64,000 nt of DNA from an uncultured Verrucomicrobiae bacterium. Lineage in GTDB: Bacteria > Verrucomicrobiota > Verrucomicrobiia > Chthoniobacterales > Chthoniobacteraceae. Position 1 is the first letter of the stretch; every line of letters starts with the position of its first letter. A program made the translations under genes and the position numbers. The notes below the pieces were generated by a model. That model was not told the origin of the DNA, did no database searches, and saw only the letters and a program-made list of their open reading frames with translations. This document shows, in pieces, positions 10,929 through 20,619 of this stretch. The stretch lies in assembly GCA_963828525.1 (NCBI GenBank), contig CAWHEP010000011.1, positions 64,001-128,000 on the forward strand. The letters run 5' to 3'.

Positions 10929-10957
10929 CCGCCAAGGATCGACGACATCCAAGCGTC
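10929..10957 (+). promoter_or_regulatory. Putative autoregulated ECF promoter, likely leaderless
   Basis: CCGCCAAGGAT-N14-CGTC ends 7 nt before ATG 10965. Confidence 0.65.
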
Positions 10958-10964
10958 ATCAGGG

Positions 10965-11533
10965 ATGGAACAACGAATGGAGGCCCCCCGCGATGAAATC
11001 GACGAAGCCGGCCTTATCCAATCCGCCGCTGGCGGCGACGCGGAAGCCTTCACGGAACTGTTCAACCGATATTATGCAATGATCCACGCGTTCGCCTATC
11101 GCCTCACACTGTGCGGCAGTGATGCAGGGGATGTCGCGCAGGAGACATTCATAAAGGCCGCCAGGGCGCTCCCGGGCTTTCGGCGGGAATCATCATTTAA
11201 GAACTGGCTGTATCGCATCGCGCTGAACGCCGCGGAGGATCTCCGGCGGCGCAACGCCAGGCACTCGCGCCTGGCCGGTGAACTGGCATCCGCGGCGGCG
11301 AGATCGAGCATCCGCGGGATCATACGCGCCTGGCGGAGGCGCTTGCCGCCTTGGCGGGTGATTTGCGGCAGGCGATCGTGCTGGTCTATTATGAAGGGTT
11401 GAATCATGCCGAGGCGGCGCGCATCCTCGGCTGCGCGGAAACCACGGTCTCGTGGCGGGTGTTCCAAGCCAAACGCCGCTTGCGCAAGACGCTCCAAACG
11501 GCGGGCGGGCAGTTCCCCGGGGGCACTTCATGA
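10965..11533 (+). CDS. ECF sigma-70 factor (apparent frameshift near 11310)
   Basis: Region 2 'DAGDVAQETFIKA...FKNWLYRIALN'; region 4 'LVYYEGLNHAEAARILGCAETTVSWRVFQAK'. Confidence 0.9.
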
Positions 11534-12165
11534 AAGAAAACGATCCCCTGACCGCCGAAATGTCAAAGCTGCGGGTGCCGCCGCCCAAGCCCGCGGCGCG
11601 GGAACACGCATTGCACGGGGCAAGGATGGCGCTGCGGCAGAGTCCGGCTTTCGAAGCGGCGGTCTCTTCCCAGGGAAAGGGCCGGAGTTTCGTATTGAAT
11701 CGGGGGATCACCGGGTTGCTGACGGCCTTGGCGGCGTTGATCGTGGCGGTCGTTGTCTGGCGTCCGGAAAGGTCCGGTCAAATCGAGGCGCTCGACGCTC
11801 GCTCAACCGAGATCGACCGGACAGTGCTCGGCCAGATCGAGGCGCTGTTCGGTCCCCGGTTAAAGGCGGTGGTGGAGGGGCCCAGAGCGGTGCCCGATGT
11901 CCTGCTGTCGGACGATGCGCAGGGGGATGCCGGACTTTTGCAACCGGTCCTCATCGAGTTCAGGCGGGCCGGAGAGACCGTGCGCGTGCTGGGCTATAGC
12001 GGGCGCGCAGTTTGCATTCAACTTTCAGGGCGCCAGACCCGCTTCGAGCCGCTTGCAACCGGCGATGGCGAGGTGATCCTCTCCGGCGAGGGCTTCTGCT
12101 GGACTCCACGGGACCGGGAACTCTCCGGGTATCGCGTCGCAGCCACGCTGCTCTCGAAATCATGA
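11530..12165 (+). CDS. Putative single-pass anti-sigma factor
   Basis: ATGA-coupled to the sigma gene; short helical N-terminus, one TM 'LLTALAALIVAVVVW', extracytoplasmic domain. Confidence 0.65.
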   Translation: MKENDPLTAEMSKLRVPPPKPAAREHALHGARMALRQSPAFEAAVSSQGKGRSFVLNRGITGLLTALAALIVAVVVWRPERSGQIEALDARSTEIDRTVLGQIEALFGPRLKAVVEGPRAVPDVLLSDDAQGDAGLLQPVLIEFRRAGETVRVLGYSGRAVCIQLSGRQTRFEPLATGDGEVILSGEGFCWTPRDRELSGYRVAATLLSKS

Positions 12166-13070
12166 GAACGGTCTTCCTGTTGCTCCTGCTGCTTGGCTGG
12201 AATGGGTTCCGCCTCGCCGCCGCGGATACGCCGGCCGTGACGGTGCGTTGCTTCAGCCCCGCCGAGGGTGCGGCAAAGTGGATAAATCCTTCTATCTGCC
12301 TCTTCGGAGACCAACCGATCACATTCGATGCCGAGGTAACGGCGCCGCTGGGCAGCAGACTGGCTGTTTACGCCGATCTTTACCAGACAAGCGCGGGCGG
12401 CTGGTCGGTGGCGCTTTCGAAGAATCTCCGGCTCTCCCCGGTCCTGCAGTTCGATGCGCGCACGCAGTTGATCGCCCCGTGCGCGCTACCCAATCTGCCC
12501 GCGGTGCGCGGTCCCACGCGGATGTTGCTGAAGCTCTCCGTTCGCGCGCAGGGGACGCCCGATTCCGCGCGGCCGATGGGTACGGTGGACCTGCTGGTAT
12601 TCCCGCGGCAGAAGCCTGGTGAATGGAAAGATTTATTCGCCACGACTCTCGCGCGGCACGGGCTGGCTCGTCTGGCCCTATTCGGGAAGGAAGAGGCGTT
12701 GCGCCGATTCTTCCGGCGGCAGCAAATTTCTTTCGACGACTTGGGCGCGGATTGGCCCGAGGCGCTCGATCCACACATTCTCTACCTGGGTGACTTTCCT
12801 CCGGCGAAACCGGATCAGTCGCCCTCGCTCACAGGCGCGCATATTGCGCTGTTTCTCCCGAATTCGGCTGGTTCTCGTGCGCTGCCGGGCGTTTACTCGG
12901 CGACGGATCCTGCGGGGGGCGCGGTAGTGAAAGTGACACTCTCGGACGTGCTCGATCGATTGAACGATGATCCCCGCAGCCAGCAAACCCTTCTCGAAAT
13001 CGTCGGTCAAGCGCTGAATGCCCAGGTTCCGCTGCCGGACGCAAATCCAATGCCGCCCTCAATCCCATGA
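12162..13070 (+). CDS. Exported hypothetical protein
   Basis: Signal peptide 'MRTVFLLLLLLGWNGFRLAAA'; ATGA-coupled. Confidence 0.7.
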   Translation: MRTVFLLLLLLGWNGFRLAAADTPAVTVRCFSPAEGAAKWINPSICLFGDQPITFDAEVTAPLGSRLAVYADLYQTSAGGWSVALSKNLRLSPVLQFDARTQLIAPCALPNLPAVRGPTRMLLKLSVRAQGTPDSARPMGTVDLLVFPRQKPGEWKDLFATTLARHGLARLALFGKEEALRRFFRRQQISFDDLGADWPEALDPHILYLGDFPPAKPDQSPSLTGAHIALFLPNSAGSRALPGVYSATDPAGGAVVKVTLSDVLDRLNDDPRSQQTLLEIVGQALNAQVPLPDANPMPPSIP

Positions 13071-14036
13071 ATATGAAGCGATCCAAACTTGTTTTTCCTT
13101 TGCGCCTGACCTTTCTCGCGCTCTTCACCCTGTTCCCAATGCTGATGCGCTCCACTGCTGCTCAGACGCCTCAGCCCCTGGCTGCCGCGGTTCTCGATTT
13201 CAACACCGGCGAGGACCTGAAGGGAAAAGGGGAGGAGGCGGCAACGCTGTTAAACGCGCGGCTCTCCGCGACCGCTCCTGACGTGGTGCTGGTCGAGCGC
13301 CAGGAACTCGAGAAAATCCTTGGTGAGCAGGAACTCGGCGCCTCCGGCACCGTGACGCAGGACACGGCGGCGAAGGTCGGCTCCCTGACGGGAGCCAAGG
13401 TGCTCATCACGGGCCGCCTGTTCAATGCGGGCGACAAGTTTTACATGGTCGCAAAGATCATGAGCACCGAGACCGGCCGCGTTTATGGCGAGATCGCCAC
13501 GTTTACCGACCCGTCCGCGCTGGATAAGGCGGTCGCGGATATTGCATCCAAGATCGCCACGGATCTCAAAACGCGCGCCATACCCTGGTGGCGAAGGTGG
13601 AGGACCCGGCTACCCGCCTCGAGCGCCTGAAGAAACTCGTGGCTGGCCACACGCCCCTGCCCAGCGTCAGCGTCGTCATCCCCGAGCAGCACCTCCGTGC
13701 AATGGTCGTCGATCCCGCGGCGCAGACGGAAATCAAGCTCCTACTTCAGCAAATCGGCTTTGAGGTGATCGATCCAGAGCCGGCCAACCGCCAGGCGGAC
13801 GTGCAGATCGCGGGCGAGGCTTTCAGCGAATTCGCGGGTCGGCACGGAAACCTCCTCAGTTGCCGTGCGCGCGTGGAGATCCGCATGAGCCGCCTCGGAA
13901 CGAGCAAACTGCTCCTCGCCGACCGCGAGACTGCCGTGGCGGTGGACGTGGCCGAGGATATGGCGGGCAAGGCAGCGCTGGAACGCGCTGCAGCCAGACT
14001 TTCGATCGCATCGTGCCAAAGCTCATCTCTGAATAG
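13067..14036 (+). CDS. CsgG/HfaB family exported protein (apparent frameshifts near 13575 and 14000)
   Basis: 'AVLDF...LVERQELEKILGEQELGASG...AAKVGSLTGAKVLITG'; second domain ends 'DRIVPKLISE*'. Confidence 0.75.
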
Positions 14037-14305
14037 GAGTCGTCTCCTCCTAATGCGCATCAGGACGCTAGCGCCGCCCGCCATCCCAGGACGCTCTGGA
14101 AATTGGGCGGACGCGGTTCATCGAAAAGGAAGTATTCGACATACTTGATGATCCCTCGGCCCCGTGAAGTCCGGCTGGCAGACCTTGGAATGGCTGCCAG
14201 GTGCGCCTGTAGTCGTGGTATCGAGGTGCGACAAAAATCCATCTCGCGTTCTGCCCTGATACGTTCCGCTCACAACAGAAGACCAAGAGCCACGATCGAA
14301 CTCAA

Positions 14306-14872
14306 ATGACCGTTGCCGTATGTCTGAAATGTGGTGCGATGAAGCATGGCGCTTGGTCGCGCTGCGCTAAATGTAGACACGATCCAAAGGACTTGGAGGA
14401 CAGGGTAAAGCATATGCTGACTTCTGACAACCACTTCACGCCGTTCGATCTGGAGGACATCTCTACGAGGGTGCGGACTGGTCAACCGCTGGAATTTAAC
14501 TCGGAAACGGTAATGGCGGCCGTAACAACGCTTAAGGATGGGCAGGGCGTCGTCGCTCTCCTTCGGTGGCTCTGGAAGAACCCACAACGGATGGCGTTGG
14601 AGGAGATTTCAAGCAACAATCGCGGCCCAATCAATTTCAGCCAACTCTGCGCCCTACTCACGGTATTTACGAGTGCATTGCTCGGTGGCATTTGTGCTTC
14701 CCCAGAAGCGATGGGATGGTTAAAGCTGTTCTTTGTGCTCGGTGGGAGCGTCGCTGGCTTTCTATGCGGATGGTGCTGTGCTCACGCTCTCGGGAAAATA
14801 AATTACACTATTAGACGCGGTGGTGAAGTGTCAAAATCATGTGCGAGCCTGGGGGTTGTTTTGCTTATGTGA
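14306..14872 (+). CDS. Hypothetical membrane protein with an N-terminal CxxC...CxxC motif
   Basis: 'CLKCG...CAKC' followed by hydrophobic helices. Confidence 0.5.
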   Translation: MTVAVCLKCGAMKHGAWSRCAKCRHDPKDLEDRVKHMLTSDNHFTPFDLEDISTRVRTGQPLEFNSETVMAAVTTLKDGQGVVALLRWLWKNPQRMALEEISSNNRGPINFSQLCALLTVFTSALLGGICASPEAMGWLKLFFVLGGSVAGFLCGWCCAHALGKINYTIRRGGEVSKSCASLGVVLLM

Positions 14873-15167
14873 GCTCGTAGGCATATTCTCAATCGCGGCG
14901 GGAGTAATTTCTACAATGAGTATCATTCATTTTGTGTTTCATGCTGGGAGGTAGGGATAGACCCAAAATCCCGATCCTGGTGACGCGCGACTTATAGCAT
15001 TGCGTGCTTAAAGTGCCCTCTCTCACGGAAAGCTCGCTAGATTTCGTCCGGACGAAACGCCGCGCGGTGCGGGTGTCCTTGGCACGAGCAGTTGCCGTAT
15101 TTGCATTCGACGGCTCCTCTATCCATCGAAGGTTGAATCCAACCCGGAACATCATAGGGTTTCGATT

Positions 15168-15398
15168 ATGCCGATAACATTGGAACAAATTGTTGAAGAA
15201 GCGCGCCACTGGCCGCCTGAAAAGGTCGGGGAGCTGGTCGAGCGGCTCACCGAGGGGCTACCTTCCTCAAACCCTGAGACAGAGGCTGCTTGGAAACGAG
15301 AAGCGCGCCGCCGCTTGGCGGAGATCGAGAGTGGCACGGTTCGAGCCGTGGAAGGAGAGCAGGTCTCGGCACGCGTTCGCCAGATCGTTAGCGGTTGA
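15168..15398 (+). CDS. Addiction module antitoxin (TIGR02574-like)
   Basis: 'EAAWKREARRRLAEIESG' motif; upstream of a RelE/ParE toxin. Confidence 0.85.
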   Translation: MPITLEQIVEEARHWPPEKVGELVERLTEGLPSSNPETEAAWKREARRRLAEIESGTVRAVEGEQVSARVRQIVSG

Positions 15399-15690
15399 AG
15401 CGGTACGCCTTTCACCTTGAGGCGGATGAGGAATATGCGCTTGCCGCGGAGTATTATGCTGGGATCGAGCCAGAACTGGGCAGGCGTTTCCACGACGAGA
15501 TCGAACGCCTTATCCTCGACGTTCGGCGTCAACCTCAGCGTTTCAGGCCATATGACGCGACGATTCGTCGGCACTTTTCTGACGTGTTTCCTTACGCGCT
15601 GCTGTATGTCGATGCACCCGACCGCGTGCTCATCATTGCGGTTATGCACATGAAGCGAACCCCGGCTAGTGGCGCGACCGACTTGTCTGA
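15395..15690 (+). CDS. RelE/ParE family toxin (C-terminus disturbed near 15660)
   Basis: 'EADEEYALAAEYY...LGRRF', 'FPYALLY...IIAVMHMKR'; the usual 'PG.WRDR' tail lies in another frame and contains a TAG. Confidence 0.8.
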
Positions 15691-15773
15691 AGGCAGATTG
15701 GACCCAGTCACTGGCGCTTTAATTCGCTTGCGGCAGGCCCTTCCGGTGGCAGAATCTCCCATCCTTCCCTTAT

Positions 15774-15847
15774 GTGCTCATAGCTCAGCTGGATAGAGCA
15801 ACGGATTTCTAATCCGTAGGTCGTTGGTTCGAATCCAACTGGGCGCA
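15774..15847 (+). tRNA. tRNA-Arg (anticodon UCU), CCA not encoded
   Basis: Acceptor GTGCTCA/TGGGCGC; D-arm AGCTCAGCTGGATAGAGC; anticodon arm ACGGA-TTTCTAA-TCCGT; T-loop GGTTCGAATCC. Confidence 0.95.
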
Positions 15848-15930
15848 GTCCTCTCTAAAAGGTGAGACGAGGAATGGGGGTGCTGCTTGGCCTTGGCAGT
15901 TCTTCGGCGATGGTGTTCAATCCCGGTATC

Positions 15931-16206
15931 ATGCGCGTCCTCATTCTTTTGATTTGCGGGGTTGTCCTTTTGGTCGCCGCCGTGGGTTTCCAGTATAATG
16001 CGGGAGAGTGGGCAACGAGCTATATTGCCGATGCTAGAGGCCAGGGAGCGAGATTCCTGCGCAAAGATCCGGAGACGGCCAAGACTTACCTCTACGTGGG
16101 TGACCAAATGAGGGTTATAGGCATCATCCTTATCTCGATCGCCGCATTTTGCTGGATCAGGGAACCGGGATGTTCGCGAGCGCTGAGGCGTGAAGGCGAT
16201 GCGTAG
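15931..16206 (+). CDS. Small two-TM membrane protein
   Basis: Two hydrophobic helices. Confidence 0.55.
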   Translation: MRVLILLICGVVLLVAAVGFQYNAGEWATSYIADARGQGARFLRKDPETAKTYLYVGDQMRVIGIILISIAAFCWIREPGCSRALRREGDA

Positions 16207-16708
16207 TCTTCGGGAAGTTGCAACGGGCGGTTTTGAGCAGCTAAAGAAAATCGGAGGCGGGCCGCGATTTGTCGCGGGTGGCGCGGCGATTGGGATGTTC
16301 TGGGGGTTCACGCCTCTTACGGGACTTAAGACGCTGCTGGCCGTGTTCTCCGCATGGGTTTTGCGGCGTAGCAAGGTTTCGGCGGCTCTCGCGATCGCTT
16401 TCCATGATCTCTTGACGCCTCTCTGGCCTTTGATCCTGCGATGGGAATATGATCTGGGTTACTGGATGTTGAGCAATCCGCACAGGCTGCCGAAGCGGGT
16501 GAGCTTTGAGGGCCTGCACATCCGAAACTGGTTTCATCTGAAGACGCTCACGATCCTGTGGCCGACGTTTATGGGATCACTCGTGTTTGCCATTCCAATG
16601 AGCGTTATCACTTATTGGGTTGTGAGGATTTCACTGGAGCGTGGCGCGAAATCGATGGAGCAGGGTTCTCTTACACCCGCAGAGGAGGGACCCACCTCGA
16701 CGCTATGA
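16190..16708 (+). CDS. DUF2062 domain membrane protein
   Basis: 'VAGGAAIGMFWGFTPLTG...' and 'PTFMGSLV' pattern. Confidence 0.75.
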   Translation: MKAMRSLREVATGGFEQLKKIGGGPRFVAGGAAIGMFWGFTPLTGLKTLLAVFSAWVLRRSKVSAALAIAFHDLLTPLWPLILRWEYDLGYWMLSNPHRLPKRVSFEGLHIRNWFHLKTLTILWPTFMGSLVFAIPMSVITYWVVRISLERGAKSMEQGSLTPAEEGPTSTL

Positions 16709-17332
16709 GTTTTTCGTTTTCCCGCGAGGTTCGGGGTCTTTAAGCAATTTTTCGAGAATCTTGTACACGGTGACGGAGCGATCCTGTGAAAGCGCGTTAA
16801 GCGCTTCCTGGATGCCCTTCTTCATTACCGTGATTGCATCGTCGGGCTTCGACCGGTCCTGGCGCTGAGTGGGAGGCGCAGGTTTGGGAGGCGCGGACCT
16901 GGGAGAATTGGGGAACTGGATCATTTTCTTGGGTTCCACCGCGGTCGGTGTCCTCTTTTCCTCGGCTACGGGCGCGGGAGTTGGCGAAGATGACGGCGCT
17001 TCCTTCCTGGGTTTCCGAGGCGCCTGAGCTTCAGGCTGCTTCTTGTCGGGAGCGCTTCCGAGAAGATCGTATTTAATGCCCACCACCCGCTTTCCTTCAA
17101 ATGCCTTCAGCGATTTGGGAAACAGGAGCAATTGGCTTGTCCTATCTTTTGTGTACCCGATCTCGCCGTAATCGGTTTGACTTCCAGCGCCTCCGCGGAT
17201 CGTCATCACGCGATGCTCGCGCAGCGCCTTTCCAAACGCGCCGTTCTCTTCGGGCGCCTGCCAGAGGGTGTATGGCTCGGGCTGGCCTGCCACCTTCACT
17301 ACTTCCGAGAAGCGGACGGTCGGGGCGCTCAT
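16703..17332 (-). CDS. Hypothetical protein with a Pro/Lys-rich linker
   Basis: 209-aa ORF with natural composition. Confidence 0.6.
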   Translation of the reverse strand: MSAPTVRFSEVVKVAGQPEPYTLWQAPEENGAFGKALREHRVMTIRGGAGSQTDYGEIGYTKDRTSQLLLFPKSLKAFEGKRVVGIKYDLLGSAPDKKQPEAQAPRKPRKEAPSSSPTPAPVAEEKRTPTAVEPKKMIQFPNSPRSAPPKPAPPTQRQDRSKPDDAITVMKKGIQEALNALSQDRSVTVYKILEKLLKDPEPRGKTKNS

Positions 17333-17492
17333 GGAAGGTGGGCGTGGAGCGGTTTCACCGGATGGCAGCTTAGGACAGGAAACGTGGGCCTGTCCATGAA
17401 CGTTGCAAGCCTCTCAGGCCGTCTCCAAGGAAAGATTGCCCTTCCGAACAGAAGGCCGTAATCTCCGCATTAACCCCCATCGGCTTCCCACT

Positions 17493-18983
17493 ATGAAAAA
17501 GCTGACATTCTTTTCGCTCGCCACGTGTTGGATTATTCTGGTTGTTGCCGCGATGGCGGATCCAGCTCCTCCTGAGCCGCCCCCGTTCCAAATGCCAAAG
17601 CCGCCTCCGGCTCAGGTCTCGTCCGCGGAGGGGACACTCCCGCTTCCTCCGCTGCCGGTTGCGTTCCAGAAAAGGCAGGAGCGAAAGAATCCTCCCGTCC
17701 CTCCTGTTCTCCTCACGAAGATCAGAAGCAATGACGCCGAGGACTGGGCCCGCACTCCGGATGACCTGAAGGGCCTCCTCCAGTGGATGAGCGCGGAGAT
17801 GAATGTCCACTTCACCGCGAACATCAAAAGCTTATCGGAGGTGCCTGAGGATGCGAAGAACACGCCCCTACTGTACCGTTCGGGCTATAAGCCGTTCGAT
17901 TTGACGCAAGCCGAGACGCAAAAGCTGCGCGTCTACCTGTTAAATGGCGGGACGATCATCTTCAACGCCCTGGTGGGGAATCCGGACTCCTACCAATCGG
18001 CGTTGAAAGCGGCCCACGCCATCTTCCCAGACCGCCCTTCGTACCGGTTGCGGATGGATCACCCGGTTTTTAACTCGTTTTATTCGATCACGAAGATCAA
18101 GTATCGCGACCGGATGGTGAAGGACGGTGTCGCGAAGGATCCGCTCCCCTGGCTGGAAGGGGTCGATATCGATAATCGCACGGCAATCTTCATCTCGCGG
18201 TGGGATTTCTCCCTGGGATGGGAACAAAACAAAGTCGATAGCTGGGGATACATGGATGACGACGCCCGGAAGATCGGCGCGAACATAGTCAGCTACGTTA
18301 CGGCCATGAGGGATGCCGGCAAAAGCATTGGCAAGAGCGTCGAGCTGGTGAATGCCGACCAGAAGACGGCGGATAAAGTGCGCGTAGGGCAAGTGATCCA
18401 TGGCGGCCCCTGGAAGCCTCGCACAGCGGCCTTCCCGATGTTGCTGAATCAGTTTCATCTGGTGACGGGCACGCCCGTCTCATTCGAATTGAAAGATGTC
18501 AGCCTCACGGACCCGGCAATTTTCGAGATGCCGCTCCTCTATTTCACGGGCACCACGGATTTCGTCCTGACGGATGAAGAACGGGCGAATTTGCGGCAGT
18601 TTCTCCTGAAGGGCGGCGTCCTCTTTGCCGAAGCCGGGGAGGGGAGAGTATCCTTCGACGCGGCTTTCCGCGCCGAGATGGCAAAGGTGATGCCCGAACA
18701 GCAACTGGCAATGCTGCCCCCGGGCCATGCTCTGTTCCGCCGTCCAGCAGCCATCAACGTTGTAAAGGCGCGGCCCGCCCTGGCGGCGAAGAGCAATAAC
18801 CAGACAGATGTCGCCCCCGAGATGTACGGCATGGATGTGAACGGCTCGCTTGGGGTGATCTACAGCCCTCATGATCTCAGCACCGGGTGGGAGCGCGCCA
18901 TTGCTCCTTACGCTCTCGGCTATGAGGCTCCGGACGCGACGGCGCTTGGCATCGGCGCGCTGTTCTATGCGGTTACTCATTAG
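17493..18983 (+). CDS. Exported protein with tandem DUF4159 domains
   Basis: Signal peptide; two repeats of 'PLLY..G...F.LT..E...LR.(Y/F)LL.GG'. Confidence 0.85.
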   Translation: MKKLTFFSLATCWIILVVAAMADPAPPEPPPFQMPKPPPAQVSSAEGTLPLPPLPVAFQKRQERKNPPVPPVLLTKIRSNDAEDWARTPDDLKGLLQWMSAEMNVHFTANIKSLSEVPEDAKNTPLLYRSGYKPFDLTQAETQKLRVYLLNGGTIIFNALVGNPDSYQSALKAAHAIFPDRPSYRLRMDHPVFNSFYSITKIKYRDRMVKDGVAKDPLPWLEGVDIDNRTAIFISRWDFSLGWEQNKVDSWGYMDDDARKIGANIVSYVTAMRDAGKSIGKSVELVNADQKTADKVRVGQVIHGGPWKPRTAAFPMLLNQFHLVTGTPVSFELKDVSLTDPAIFEMPLLYFTGTTDFVLTDEERANLRQFLLKGGVLFAEAGEGRVSFDAAFRAEMAKVMPEQQLAMLPPGHALFRRPAAINVVKARPALAAKSNNQTDVAPEMYGMDVNGSLGVIYSPHDLSTGWERAIAPYALGYEAPDATALGIGALFYAVTH

Positions 18984-19716
18984 CGCGTGCGCGCTAATGG
19001 CCGCGGTGTGCAACGGCGCGCCAACTGATGTATGGCCGGTTCGCATCCCGACTGACGCGGCTTCCCTGTCGCGTCACATAGCCAGCCTCGGAGCTTCCGC
19101 GGAGGCGCTGCCGTCCGAGCTTGCCCCAGCGGTTGAGTTTGAAAAAGTGTTCCTGCAAATTCTCGCGGGAGCCCCCCAGCCGGAGTGGCTGCCACGAATG
19201 CAAGCTTTCGCGGCGCGGTCGCAAACGGATCCGATCACGCAGGGTCTTCGCGAGTTGTCGAAGGCCTGGCTGGCGCGAGTGGAGATGCTGGTTCTGGATG
19301 ACGCGCTCAAATCCTACTACGCGGAAAACGTATGTTTCCCGGAGCAGTTGTCCGCTCTGGGGAACAACCTGCCGGAGATACTGCGTCTGGATCCGTGGGG
19401 CGAACAGTGGGCCTACCGCGCCCGGGCGGCGGCAGGGTTTTCCAGCGTCCCGGCGCAGCGTTACCAGATCGGACCTCACCGCTACCCCGAGCTTGGCACT
19501 CTCCGCGAGGCAATCACGAAAAGAAAACCGCCGGCCACCGGGTGGAAAATCAGCCCTCGGAAAGTCGGCGAGAGCGCGGCGCTTGAGTTTAGATCGAGCA
19601 GCGGCACGGCTCTGATCCAGTCCGGTGGGAAGATAGACCAGTGCGCGCTTCTGTTTGCCGGCCCCGACTGGGCGCTGATGGCCGGCGCGGATCAGTTGTT
19701 CGCGGTCATGTTCTGA
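18967..19716 (+). CDS. Exported protein with an internal GspG/pseudopilin-like motif
   Basis: Signal peptide; 'LDDALKSYYAENVCFPEQLSAL...LDPWGEQWAYR'. Confidence 0.55.
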   Translation: MRLLISACALMAAVCNGAPTDVWPVRIPTDAASLSRHIASLGASAEALPSELAPAVEFEKVFLQILAGAPQPEWLPRMQAFAARSQTDPITQGLRELSKAWLARVEMLVLDDALKSYYAENVCFPEQLSALGNNLPEILRLDPWGEQWAYRARAAAGFSSVPAQRYQIGPHRYPELGTLREAITKRKPPATGWKISPRKVGESAALEFRSSSGTALIQSGGKIDQCALLFAGPDWALMAGADQLFAVMF

Positions 19717-19719
19717 CGC

Positions 19720-20613
19720 ATGGCCAGCATAACGGATTTCCTGACGCCAGAGTCGATGAGGAAGCTCGAGACTCTCGTGGTGCGGTCTCGCTATGTTGTG
19801 GAGGGGTTCCGCGCCGGGATGCACGCAAGCCCGCTGAAAGGGGCGAGCGTTGAGTTTGCCGATCATCGCCAATATGTCAAAGGCGACAACCTTCGGAATA
19901 TCGACTGGAAAGTATATGGGCGCACGGAGCGCCACTTCATAAAGCGGTATGAAGAGGAGACGAGCCTGCGGACGCAGATCATCATCGATGCCTCGGCGTC
20001 CATGGGCTACGCGTCGGAGGGCAATCCCAGCAAATACGTGTATGCCTGCCGAGTCGCGGCCGCGCTGGCCTACATCATCACCAAGCAGCAGGATGCCGTT
20101 GGTCTGACCCTTTTTGATAACAAGATTCGGGAGCAAGTGCCCTCCCGCAGCGGTTCAAGGCATTTGAGACTTATTGTGGATCGGCTGGCCGCGCATTCTG
20201 CCAGTGAAACGACGAATACAGGAGAGGCCCTTCACGCATTGGCCGAAATGATCTCAAGGCGCGGCCTGATCGTTCTTCTGACGGATTTGTTCGATGACGT
20301 GGAAGCTGTTTTCCGAGCCATCGCGCACTTCCGCAAAAAGATGCATGATGTGATCCTGATACAGATTCTCGATCCAACCGAACTGGACCTCTCCATGAAC
20401 CGCATTGCTGAGTTCATAGACATGGAGACCGGTGAGAAACTCGAACTCGATCCCACGCTGGCGCGCGCGGCCTACAAAGAAGAATTGCAGAAGGACATCG
20501 ACCTCTCGCGCGAAAGGTGCGCCGTGATGAACGTGGACTTCCGCCTCATCTCGACCTCCCAAGGCTACGATGACTTTGTGCAGCAGTACCTCGCCGAGCG
20601 CCGGCGCATGTAA
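19720..20613 (+). CDS. DUF58 (VWA-like) protein
   Basis: 'G.HASPLKGASVEFADHRQY.KGD.LRNIDWKVYGR', 'IDASASM'. Confidence 0.92.
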   Translation: MASITDFLTPESMRKLETLVVRSRYVVEGFRAGMHASPLKGASVEFADHRQYVKGDNLRNIDWKVYGRTERHFIKRYEEETSLRTQIIIDASASMGYASEGNPSKYVYACRVAAALAYIITKQQDAVGLTLFDNKIREQVPSRSGSRHLRLIVDRLAAHSASETTNTGEALHALAEMISRRGLIVLLTDLFDDVEAVFRAIAHFRKKMHDVILIQILDPTELDLSMNRIAEFIDMETGEKLELDPTLARAAYKEELQKDIDLSRERCAVMNVDFRLISTSQGYDDFVQQYLAERRRM

Positions 20614-20619
20614 GGACGG

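Noticed and set aside
14060..14286. Short minus-strand ORFs after the CsgG-like gene
   Set aside because: No recognisable motif; cannot be supported as genes
15131..15144. GGTTGAATCCAACC resembles the tRNA-Arg T-arm (possible att site)
   Set aside because: Short, gapped match on the 5' side of the tRNA with no integrase; better explained as a small palindrome upstream of the TA module
15691..15796. C-terminal extension of the ParE ORF
   Set aside because: Overlaps the tRNA; results from the frame disturbance near 15660
17373..17395. GGACAGG/CCTGTCC inverted repeat upstream of the MoxR operon
   Set aside because: 7-bp arms in GC-rich DNA, single copy; not distinguishable from chance
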